Notes under the pieces: model-generated | The model's input: the letters and a program-made list of their open reading frames with translations, nothing else | What the model was told of the DNA's origin: nothing | The model's database searches: none | Translations under genes and position numbers: made by a program | Assembly (NCBI GenBank): GCA_964531375.1 | Contig: CAZHDO010000004.1 | Span: 147 to 64,146, forward strand | Direction: 5' to 3' | Length of the DNA: 64,000 nucleotides | Origin: an uncultured Candidatus Saccharibacteria bacterium | Lineage (GTDB): Bacteria > Patescibacteriota > Minisyncoccia > Phycocordibacterales > UBA12445 | Part shown: positions 49,181-57,848 of the stretch, one piece after another | Layout of the letters: each line of letters starts with the position of its first letter | Numbering within the stretch: position 1 is the first letter of the stretch

Positions 49181-50857
49181 TTACAAAAGATCTTGTGGTT
49201 TGTAAACTGGACATTCAGAAGAATTATTAATCTGAGCAGGAATCGATACACCCAGGAATCTTAACGCCTGCTCTGACTTCTCAAAAACTAAACCTTTTGC
49301 TTTTAATTTTTTATACCCACTCGATAATTGTTCCAATAAAACCAAAACATTTTGGTCTACACCTGTCAAAACAACCCTCTGTCCTCTTGATTCAATAATA
49401 TTTATTATCTCATCAAGCGCCTCTACCCCATCAGTATCTAAAAAATAAACCTCGCGTAATCTCAAAACAATTGTTTTATATTTTCTGAGATTCGCCTCAA
49501 AACGCTGAATATGCGAACGGCTATTTATATAACATAGCTTACCCTTGAAAAAATATACAAGAACATCAGCATTCTCTTCAATTTCTTTTGGCATTACATC
49601 GCAAACTGACCCAATCATACCATCGTTAAATCTATTAAGCTTCAATTCAAAATGACCCTGAGAAATTCTATCAATAAAAATAAGAAGAGAAACCGAAACA
49701 CCAAGAAGTATTCCGATTATTGGGTCAATTACAATTGTGGCCAAAGCAACAAAGAGAGAAATATAGAAACCAGATCTATCATATAACCATAATTTCTTAT
49801 AATTCTCTTCTTCAACCATTTGAACAGCTACGTACACCAGAATAGCTGCTATTACAGCCAGTGGGATATATTTAAAATAACCAAGAAAGACAAGAGAGAT
49901 AATTGAAATACTTATGACACTTATTACAGAAGAAGTGCTGTGAGTTGCGCCTGTCTTAATATTTAATGAAGTTCTAGCAAGCGCAGCCGTTGCAGGCATA
50001 CCACCAACAAGACCAGAAACAATGTTCGCCAAACCAAGACCAAGCATTTCTTTTCTTTCGTCGTATTTTGTGCCGGTCATACAATCAGCGATTTTTGCAG
50101 AAAGCATTGTCTCTAATATTGCAATAAGCGCCACGACCGCGGCCGTCTGAAGCATGTACATTGAAAAAACGAGATTGGGAACCTCAAAAAAATGAAAGGA
50201 AATGTCACCAAATTTACCACCAAGTGTAAGTAAATTAATAGGGATTATCTGAGATTCACTTAAAAAACCCAAAACAATTCCAACAGGCGCAAGAATTATG
50301 GCACCTGGTAATTTTGGTACATATTTTTTAAACAAAAGAAGCCCGATGAAAAATATTATAAAAACAAAAAACGCAATAAACGAAGTATTGCCCACGTTTT
50401 TAAAAGACTCAATCATATTTTCGAAGAAACTTTCGTGAACAGGAAGACCTCGCAATCCAAAAGCAAAATTAAACTGACCAAGTCCAATTATAAAAGCAAC
50501 ACCTAGTGTAAAGCCGTGAATAACGCTTGACGGAATAAGGATTAGATATTTTTCGAGTTTAAGAACATAGGCGATGATAATTAAAATACCAGAAATTAAG
50601 GTCAACATCGGTAAACCACCTATACCATGCAAGACTACATATGTAGCAACAATTCCAGAGAGAGCCCCAGTTGGTCCAACAATATTATAATTACTTCCGC
50701 CAAAAACAGCAGCCATAAAACCGGCCCAGATCGCAGTAATTATACCAATAACCGGAGTGGCGCCAGAAGAAACAGCTAGAGACACAGAAAGAGGAATGGA
50801 AATAAGAGAAACGGTCAACCCTGACTTTAAATTCTTCTTAATATTTTCAAGATCCAT
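49181..50857 (-). CDS. SulP/SLC26 anion transporter with STAS domain
   Basis: GPTGA, many TM helices, PATAALART, C-terminal STAS (FLDTDG). Confidence 0.93.
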   Translation of the reverse strand: MDLENIKKNLKSGLTVSLISIPLSVSLAVSSGATPVIGIITAIWAGFMAAVFGGSNYNIVGPTGALSGIVATYVVLHGIGGLPMLTLISGILIIIAYVLKLEKYLILIPSSVIHGFTLGVAFIIGLGQFNFAFGLRGLPVHESFFENMIESFKNVGNTSFIAFFVFIIFFIGLLLFKKYVPKLPGAIILAPVGIVLGFLSESQIIPINLLTLGGKFGDISFHFFEVPNLVFSMYMLQTAAVVALIAILETMLSAKIADCMTGTKYDERKEMLGLGLANIVSGLVGGMPATAALARTSLNIKTGATHSTSSVISVISISIISLVFLGYFKYIPLAVIAAILVYVAVQMVEEENYKKLWLYDRSGFYISLFVALATIVIDPIIGILLGVSVSLLIFIDRISQGHFELKLNRFNDGMIGSVCDVMPKEIEENADVLVYFFKGKLCYINSRSHIQRFEANLRKYKTIVLRLREVYFLDTDGVEALDEIINIIESRGQRVVLTGVDQNVLVLLEQLSSGYKKLKAKGLVFEKSEQALRFLGVSIPAQINNSSECPVYKPQDLL

Positions 50858-51080
50858 AGTATTTTAAAATTCTATTTTATTAAATTAACAACATAGAAAG
50901 CTAAACTGCGCTAGTTTTTTACTAACGATATGATATAAACCGGGCTTCATTATTACACCTGAAATAATTTTCGTACAGTGGATATCTTCCAAAACACCTC
51001 GAAATGCAACACAAAAACACACATAAAAATAAAAACAAATTTATTTTATTAAAGACAACAAGAAACAATGGACTATTAAA

Positions 51081-54000
51081 CTACACTAAATAAGTATCAT
51101 CGGTGACATTATATCCATTAAAATCCGAACCACCGCCTGGCGTGTCCCAATTACCAACTAAAGAAATTTTTTTTAAATTCTTACTTTTTTCATCGAGGTA
51201 ATTATAAAGATTAGGCCTATTTGTAGAGGCACCCCCAGAATGGTCGTCTATTACAATCGCAAGTTTTCTATCTAGACCATCAGCTATTTTTCTAAAATAA
51301 GAAATCGTTTTGTCAAAAAAGTCACTGACAGATAGGGAATTTATAACATTTTCTAGTGGATTTAATCCTCTAATCACAAGAAGAGGTGTACCATCTCTTC
51401 CCTTAGTTTCAATAAGAATACATGCACCCGCCAACCTCTCATATTTTGTTCCCCTATGTTGCACCATAATCACAGCAGAAAAATTTGGGAATTGTGCAGA
51501 AATAGAGTCGTATTTTTCATTCCAACACGCATCGGCAATGTGCCCAGAAAACTCCATCAGCAAACCACGCGTCGGTATAAAATCAAAAGAGGTTGTTCCT
51601 ATATTTTCTTGATTTTGTGCCCTGAAGTACTCTTCCTTCAAAGCGCTTATGTTTATCAAACTATCAAGGGCCTTTTTTGAATTTTTGTCTTTAAAATATT
51701 TTTTCCATGTTTCTTCATTAACTATATGCTCAACAAAATTTACCACAACACCAACGTCTTCAAAACTTGGCTTATCTTTTTGTAATATATCGCTAATTTT
51801 ATCTCTATGATTTCTATGTTTATGAAGCGCCATAAAAAACAATATTTGTCTTAATGACTCCAAAAATTCTTTAATTTCTGCCATTTTGACGAAATTTTTT
51901 TCGAACTGCCTAATGTCTCGTAGGTTTAATGAATTTAAAAAATCTAGCTTAATTCTCAAATTTTCCAATGCTTTCGGATTTACTGTACTATTTATTTTTA
52001 TTTGCAAATCAGATATTACCTCAGAACGCTTTTCTTCTAACCCCTCAACTAAAAAAGAAAGCGGTGCCTTTTCTTGCAAAAGATAACCCGATTCTAATAT
52101 AGAATTTTTAATAGTTTCGTAACGTAATAAAAACTGTTCTGAATATTTAAATTTCTGTTGCGCATCCTTGTTAACCTTATTAATCTTCACCTCACCAGAA
52201 CTAACATACTTATCTCCAACTGGAACATATTCACCATGCTCCTTAAGCCAGGTAAATTCTCTTACTACTTCTTCAAAACTATTAACTTTATTCGGATAAC
52301 CATCATCATCCATGTAATTACCGAACTCGCTAGAATCAAATCGAACATAAGATTTAAGGTATTGAGCAAAAAACTCATTTTTTTCCAAAATTTTTTCATC
52401 AAAGTCTTGAGTAAGAACCTCCGCTTTAAACTTTAAAATTCGCTCGCGCAATTGCGACATCCCAGCCTCCCCCATTTTTGTAAGTCCAAAAGTTAAAAGT
52501 TCTTGCTCTGAAAGCTCGCCATCTTTAAGCCTTCTTACAAATTTATATAAATCAACCGTAAGGTAAGTATCAAAAAGCTCGTTACAGAATAATATTTCTT
52601 TGTCGAGTGGAGGGTTAAAATATTCCGACATTTCTACAAGCCTATCTAAGTTCTGTGTGGTGTTAATATTTTCAACACCCTTCTTGTAAACTTCCTCGCA
52701 AACACTACGATCAAAATTTATTTTACCACTCAGAGATTTAAAGTTATCAATAATAGCACGCCACTCACCCGCCCTCGAAGATTGCGCAATAATATCTTCA
52801 TAATTTACTCCCTTAAGATTATTCAAATGACTTATTAAATCCTTAAATTTACCATCTCTTATGGCTATGCCTACTATCTTTCTATGGTCTAAATTTGGAA
52901 ATTTATCTAAACTATACAATATATCAGCTACACCACCGCTATTAATTACCTCCTCTCCTACTTCATTAATATTAACATCCAAAAAATAATTAATGTTACT
53001 ACACAAAGACCTAAAAAATGATTTTTTAATTAACATTTCCACAAGCTTTCTGTCTAGGGCGAATTTCTTTTCTTTCCAACTTGAAATAAAATCATATTCA
53101 TTTTCACGTTCCAAATACCCCAAAGCTTTTTCAAAATCATTAATTGTGAGATCTTTGAAAATACTCAACTTACAAGCAGCTTTCTTCGGATTAGCTTCTA
53201 GCAAATATTTAAATATTTTAGGAAATTTTCTAAATTGCCAACCCTTTTCGAGCACGTAATCGACACCAGCATACTGTACTATCTTTTTTGATAATTCTTC
53301 ATCAACTTTATAATATTTCGCAAAAAAATCTATATCCTCCTCCTTAACTCTTTTTATAGTTAAATGCAAAATAACATCTTTATCAATTTTATTTATTAAG
53401 TATTTTGTTAATTTTTTTGGATATTTTTCGGCCATTTTTCCTAAAATGTCCTCAGGAATTTTTTCGCACCATAATTTTGGCAAATATTCCAAACCCTCAA
53501 CCATTATCTGTAATTCATTATGTTCAAATATTTTTTTATATGATTCTGCAACATTAATATCTTTAAAATTATTCAATAATTCAAAATCTTTTGCCTCAGC
53601 AAAAACAGCGTTATCTAATATTTTTTTCCAATATTTTTTATTAATATTATTAATATGCCCAAAGAGAGAAGGCGTATGCTTGTATAAAATACACAAATCA
53701 ATTAATTTTGATTCACTAATTTGACTAAAACTAGCCGTGTTTTGAAAAATTACTTCTGGGTGATATCTAGCAAACCAATCAACCACAAAATCGTCAGAAA
53801 TAGCACCAAAAGCCTTAACCAGATTATCCAAAGAACTTTTATAACTTACTCCGTACCTTAAACTATTAATAATTTCTCTATGCGATTCACTGGGTATTTT
53901 ACCCATCTTATCTATATGCTTTAAAAAATATTGAACATCTTTTTTAAGTAAAGCGCTTATTATTTTCATCTTAAGCGGTTTTGGAATTATTTCATCTATT

Positions 54001-54251
54001 TTAAGACGACTATCATCATCAACCTTTTCACCAAGAAAAAAAGAAACCAAAGGGCCTATTAAACTACGCAGATCATATTTTTCCGCATTTGAAATTTTCA
54101 ATGATTTTATTTTTGATTCAGACAATATTTGAGATATTTTTTGAAAAATTTCTTTATTAATCGATTCTTCTGATTCAGGTAACACAACGACTTGTTTCTT
54201 CTTAAAAGTATTATTATTTTTTATATTTTCCATTTTATTTAAAATTATCAC
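51081..54251 (-). CDS. Large hypothetical protein (helical repeats plus globular C-terminus)
   Basis: 1056-aa ORF; true start may be ATG 54233. Confidence 0.8.
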   Translation of the reverse strand: MIILNKMENIKNNNTFKKKQVVVLPESEESINKEIFQKISQILSESKIKSLKISNAEKYDLRSLIGPLVSFFLGEKVDDDSRLKIDEIIPKPLKMKIISALLKKDVQYFLKHIDKMGKIPSESHREIINSLRYGVSYKSSLDNLVKAFGAISDDFVVDWFARYHPEVIFQNTASFSQISESKLIDLCILYKHTPSLFGHINNINKKYWKKILDNAVFAEAKDFELLNNFKDINVAESYKKIFEHNELQIMVEGLEYLPKLWCEKIPEDILGKMAEKYPKKLTKYLINKIDKDVILHLTIKRVKEEDIDFFAKYYKVDEELSKKIVQYAGVDYVLEKGWQFRKFPKIFKYLLEANPKKAACKLSIFKDLTINDFEKALGYLERENEYDFISSWKEKKFALDRKLVEMLIKKSFFRSLCSNINYFLDVNINEVGEEVINSGGVADILYSLDKFPNLDHRKIVGIAIRDGKFKDLISHLNNLKGVNYEDIIAQSSRAGEWRAIIDNFKSLSGKINFDRSVCEEVYKKGVENINTTQNLDRLVEMSEYFNPPLDKEILFCNELFDTYLTVDLYKFVRRLKDGELSEQELLTFGLTKMGEAGMSQLRERILKFKAEVLTQDFDEKILEKNEFFAQYLKSYVRFDSSEFGNYMDDDGYPNKVNSFEEVVREFTWLKEHGEYVPVGDKYVSSGEVKINKVNKDAQQKFKYSEQFLLRYETIKNSILESGYLLQEKAPLSFLVEGLEEKRSEVISDLQIKINSTVNPKALENLRIKLDFLNSLNLRDIRQFEKNFVKMAEIKEFLESLRQILFFMALHKHRNHRDKISDILQKDKPSFEDVGVVVNFVEHIVNEETWKKYFKDKNSKKALDSLINISALKEEYFRAQNQENIGTTSFDFIPTRGLLMEFSGHIADACWNEKYDSISAQFPNFSAVIMVQHRGTKYERLAGACILIETKGRDGTPLLVIRGLNPLENVINSLSVSDFFDKTISYFRKIADGLDRKLAIVIDDHSGGASTNRPNLYNYLDEKSKNLKKISLVGNWDTPGGGSDFNGYNVTDDTYLV

Positions 54252-54357
54252 TTAATTATACACAAAATATAATCAAAAAAACAATACAAAAAACACATAT
54301 AAAAATAAAAAACCACCTAAATTAATAGATGGTTTTTTGGTTTTTCTCAGTTAAATT

Positions 54358-54975
54358 TTATTTAAGCAATTCTTTCTTGTGTTCCTCGAATTCTTCCTTA
54401 CTCAACTCCCCTTTTGCGTAGCGTTCTTTTAAAATGTCGACGGGAGACTTATTGTTTTGTGAATCATCACAAATTTCTTTTTTACCTCGAGTAAGCCTCA
54501 GAACAACTCTCACAATGATATACAAAACAATTAAACCAAAAACAAAAGAAATAAGAGACATAAACCAACCAATTATACCCATCATTCCGAGATAGCCACT
54601 ATAGACCCCACTGTAATCTGGAATATTAACCTTCCCCGCAGTCATACCCTGACCCACCTCTACGCCAGGAATCTGACACGCGGTGAAATACTTACCCATT
54701 AATGTCGTAAAATCAGCATCGCTCATTGTGCCCTTATACTGTTTAACATAAACATCCATAGCACCTCTTTGAGCCTCTGGCATCTGAGTTAAAACGTAAT
54801 CACCAACCGCATTAAAATCAGTATCTTTTAAATCAGCACACTTAGTCTGGCCCATTATAAACTTCTGGTAAATCTCCAATCCTGGCCCACCGGTACCTAC
54901 CGCATAACTAAAAGAAGGCAAGATAAGTGATATAATAAGCACTAAATAAACAATTACTCCAGAAAACTTATTCAT
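54358..54975 (-). CDS. Membrane protein with C-terminal SHOCT domain
   Basis: Signal peptide, TM, ILKERYAKGELSKEEFEEHKKEL. Confidence 0.85.
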   Translation of the reverse strand: MNKFSGVIVYLVLIISLILPSFSYAVGTGGPGLEIYQKFIMGQTKCADLKDTDFNAVGDYVLTQMPEAQRGAMDVYVKQYKGTMSDADFTTLMGKYFTACQIPGVEVGQGMTAGKVNIPDYSGVYSGYLGMMGIIGWFMSLISFVFGLIVLYIIVRVVLRLTRGKKEICDDSQNNKSPVDILKERYAKGELSKEEFEEHKKELLK

Positions 54976-55106
54976 TTTATAAAAATTATTTATAATAGCT
55001 TAATTTTATAGAGTATTAAGCGGAAAGTAAAATTATTTATCTAAAAAACTAGTTTCACTTGTTTTTAAATAATAAAAAAATTTAATATTAGATCACACAA
55101 TGGCAG

Positions 55107-55832
55107 CTATGTAACCATAGCTATAAGTTTTTCTTTCCAACCGTTTAAGAATTTATTTCCAGGGCAAGTTGTTTTGAGATTAACTTCTCTGTGTCCCTTA
55201 ATATTTTCTGGACTAATTCGTGGATAATGTTCTTTAATAAGTTTTACAATCGCCGAAAGAACAAGATCGGACGGTGATGAGTTCTCAAAGTCATTATCCA
55301 AACATATTGCGACACTCCGGCAATTCACGTCCCAATTTCCAGCTTGCCAGCCGATTTCACCATCACCCAGCAATCTTTCAACAGAACCATCCATTCTTAC
55401 TAGCCAGTGGTAGGCATAAAAAACTTGTTCACTATCCTTAAAATGATTTGAATAGATTGCTTGTCCTTTTATATGTCTTTCTTTTTCATACAAGGTTGAA
55501 GCGTAATATGTCGCATAAAGGCGAATCAATTGCATTGCACTTAATCTTTGCCAAGTAATACCTGGTGAATTTTTAGTGTGGTGAATTACTATGATATCAA
55601 CGGATTTTCTTTCCTCATCCCAATTTGGACCATCTTTTCCTAATGCGATGCTTTTATTTTTAATATGGCGCTCAAAAAACTGGTAGAGTTCCTCCTTTAT
55701 TTCTTTTGACATCTCCAAACTACTTTCCTCAGCCTTCTTTATTAAATTTTTGTAATCGTCGGAAATTTGCAAATACCAATCGTTGTATTTTATAGCTTTT
55801 ATCCATTTGTTTTCATCAAAATATTTCGCCAT
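55107..55832 (-). CDS. N-acetylmuramoyl-L-alanine amidase (Amidase_2/PGRP-like)
   Basis: IVIHHT, YHWLV, IGWQAG..N..SVAICL, GHREV..TTCPG. Confidence 0.9.
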   Translation of the reverse strand: MAKYFDENKWIKAIKYNDWYLQISDDYKNLIKKAEESSLEMSKEIKEELYQFFERHIKNKSIALGKDGPNWDEERKSVDIIVIHHTKNSPGITWQRLSAMQLIRLYATYYASTLYEKERHIKGQAIYSNHFKDSEQVFYAYHWLVRMDGSVERLLGDGEIGWQAGNWDVNCRSVAICLDNDFENSSPSDLVLSAIVKLIKEHYPRISPENIKGHREVNLKTTCPGNKFLNGWKEKLIAMVT

Positions 55833-55899
55833 AATTAAAATTATATTACATTCAATCGATTCTTAAAACCGTTTGATTACTTAATAAAATTAGGAACAA

Positions 55900-56035
55900 A
55901 GAGTGGGATTCGGTCACGGATATTTTTTTGCAGAAAAATTCCTCGAAGTCCGTCAGTTGCGACGGACACCTGTAGACGGCCCACACAGCTCCTTTTCTTG
56001 CAGAAAGGGACCCGCTTCCGTCTTTCGAAGCCCAC
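55900..56035. repeat. tRNA-associated repeat unit A
   Basis: AGAGTGGGATTCG (tRNA-Ser T-arm copy) + GTCACGGATATTTTT.TGCAGAAAAATTC core + TTCGAAGCCCAC. Confidence 0.8.
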
Positions 56036-56089
56036 CTTCTCGCGCAAAATACAGTCATAAAACGCTTTCTCATTTTATTCATTATTTTA

Positions 56090-56176
56090 CGGAGAGAGTG
56101 GGATTCGAACCCACGGTTCCGATAAAGGAACGACAGTTTAGTAAACTGTTGATATAAACCACTCATCCATCTCTCC
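56090..56176 (-). tRNA. tRNA-Ser with anticodon ACT
   Basis: GGAGAGA/TCTCTCC acceptor, G73, long variable arm, anticodon arm ACAGT-TTACTAA-ACTGT, GTGGG-TTCGAAT-CCCAC. Confidence 0.9.
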
Positions 56177-56249
56177 AGATGATTTAGACAATATACAATA
56201 TATTAAAAAATAATTCTAGAAAAAACGAGGGTAAATAATTTAGTAAAAT

Positions 56250-56525
56250 TTATTCAACAATATCCATATTAACAATCATCCCTTTAGGAATAAAATAAAA
56301 AGTTGGGTCTTTTTGAGGGTGTTTTTTGTTTGTTTCAATATTAATAGTTTTAGGGTCTTTGATAATTATCCCCTCTTCGGAATCTTGAACCAAAACACCA
56401 TTAGTTTCCATTTTAGTAAGCTTGGCATTATTTGTGTTTTTCGATTTAGAAAAAGACCTATCAGCTGGATATATAACAACAGCGTCGTTCCATAATATTT
56501 TTACTTTCTTTCCTATATTACTCAT
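56250..56525 (-). CDS. Small beta-rich hypothetical protein (ILWxDA motif)
   Basis: VKILWNDA...TNGVL...FIPKGMI; apparent paralog of the next ORF. Confidence 0.75.
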   Translation of the reverse strand: MSNIGKKVKILWNDAVVIYPADRSFSKSKNTNNAKLTKMETNGVLVQDSEEGIIIKDPKTINIETNKKHPQKDPTFYFIPKGMIVNMDIVE

Positions 56526-56775
56526 TATAATTACCTATTTTTCTAAATTCTAAAATCGTTTTTCCTGGCACGATAAAACCATCTACCATAGACATAGCGC
56601 CAGTCTTATCATCATAAGAAACATTGGTCGCAATCACAGTATAATCATCATTTGTTTCCATAATAAAGCCTGTGGTTAATTGCGGTAATGGTAAAATTTC
56701 CGGCATTTTTTGCATAAAGGTATAAGAAGCATCTCTCCATAAAATAGTACAAATTGGATCATTTTTCTTTTTCAT
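56518..56775 (-). CDS. Small beta-rich hypothetical protein (ILWxDA motif; start likely ATG 56775)
   Basis: CTILWRDA...TTGFI...IVPGKTI. Confidence 0.75.
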   Translation of the reverse strand: MKKKNDPICTILWRDASYTFMQKMPEILPLPQLTTGFIMETNDDYTVIATNVSYDDKTGAMSMVDGFIVPGKTILEFRKIGNYNE

Positions 56776-56812
56776 ATGCGTAAATATAACACAAAAAATC
56801 AAAAACGCCTTT

Positions 56813-57326
56813 AGCCGGATGGATTCGGTCACGAGTTACTAAGTCTGCTCACACTGCTTTGCAATATTGTGCGGACTAAGTACTCTCGATCCTTACAGGA
56901 TCAGTACACCTTTTGGACTTTTTCATTCGCTTTGCTCTAAAAAATTCTCAAGAAGGTTCTTCGCTATTCGCTTTCGCGGCTCAGCCCGCCTCGCCCCCCC
57001 CCTTTTTCTTGCAGAAAGGGGCCCGGCTGTGGCTTTCGAATCCATCCAGCACTCGAAATTAACCACTAAAATATTTCATATTTTAGTGGTTAATTTCGGA
57101 GCCGGATGGAATTTCTCTCCTTACAGGAGCAGTATCACAGATATTTTTCTGCAGAAAAATTCTTCGACCCCAACTCACTCGTCTTCACTCGCTCCGTCTT
57201 TGAAATGCTACCTGTCGTCGCATTTCAACCCCGATGGATTTTCTCTACGTCCTACGGACTATAAAAAATGCTCATCGGGGCTTCGAATCCATCTCGCAAG
57301 ACATTTAGTATGTCTTGCTCGGCTCC
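56813..57326. repeat. tRNA-associated repeat units B (56813-57050) and C (57097-57326)
   Basis: Each starts with AGCCGGATGGA from the tRNA-Ser(GCT) 3' end and closes with the inverted TTCGAATCCATC; separated by a 21-bp perfect hairpin (57054-98). Confidence 0.85.
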
Positions 57327-57365
57327 ATATTTAAAAAAACCGCAATATCGCAGTTTTTTTAAATA

Positions 57366-57452
57366 CGGAGCCGGATGGATTCGAACCATCGAGGGCTTTT
57401 ACACCCTGCCTCTTTAGCAAAGAGGTACGTTAGACCACTCTGACACGGCTCC
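57366..57452 (-). tRNA. tRNA-Ser(GCT)
   Basis: GGAGCCG/CGGCTCC, CCTCT-TTGCTAA-AGAGG, long variable arm, GATGG-TTCGAAT-CCATC, G73. Confidence 0.93.
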
Positions 57453-57487
57453 ACTTTATTTGATTATTAACTTAAAACAGCATTCTG

Positions 57488-57717
57488 GCAAAGAGGTACG
57501 TTAGGTCACGGATATTTTTCTGCAGAAAAATTCCGCTATCCTTACAGGATCAGTACACCTTTTGGACTTTTTCATTCGCCTTGCTCTGAAAAATTCTCAA
57601 GAAGGTTCTTCGCCTTTCGCTTTCGCGGCTCAGCCCGACTCGTTCACCATTACTCTCGCCCTTAATTTGCTTCAAGTATTCGCAAATTAACACTCTGACA
57701 CGGCTCCACTTTATTTG
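57488..57717. repeat. tRNA-associated repeat unit D: duplicate of the tRNA-Ser(GCT) 5' half interrupted in the D-loop
   Basis: 57488-504 = 57417-433; 57691-717 = 57436-462; the 186-bp insert shares 100/105 nt with unit B. Confidence 0.88.
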
Positions 57718-57848
57718 GTTATTTTCCTCAAAAACCTTGACTAGTATAGACTAAAACGTCCTTATCTACAAGCTTATGGGTGTTGTTTAACAAACCTAAA
57801 AAATTCTATTTAGTAGATATTTTTTGTACTAAATGTAGAATATATAGA

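Noticed and set aside
55852-57334. ORFs 55852-56166, 55903-56157 and 56867-57334
   Set aside because: They overlap tRNA genes and repeat units; spurious
55900-57717. CRISPR array or intron-containing tRNAs
   Set aside because: Repeats are tRNA-derived with irregular spacing, inserts are mutually homologous, and there are no cas genes; removing the inserts leaves only tRNA fragments
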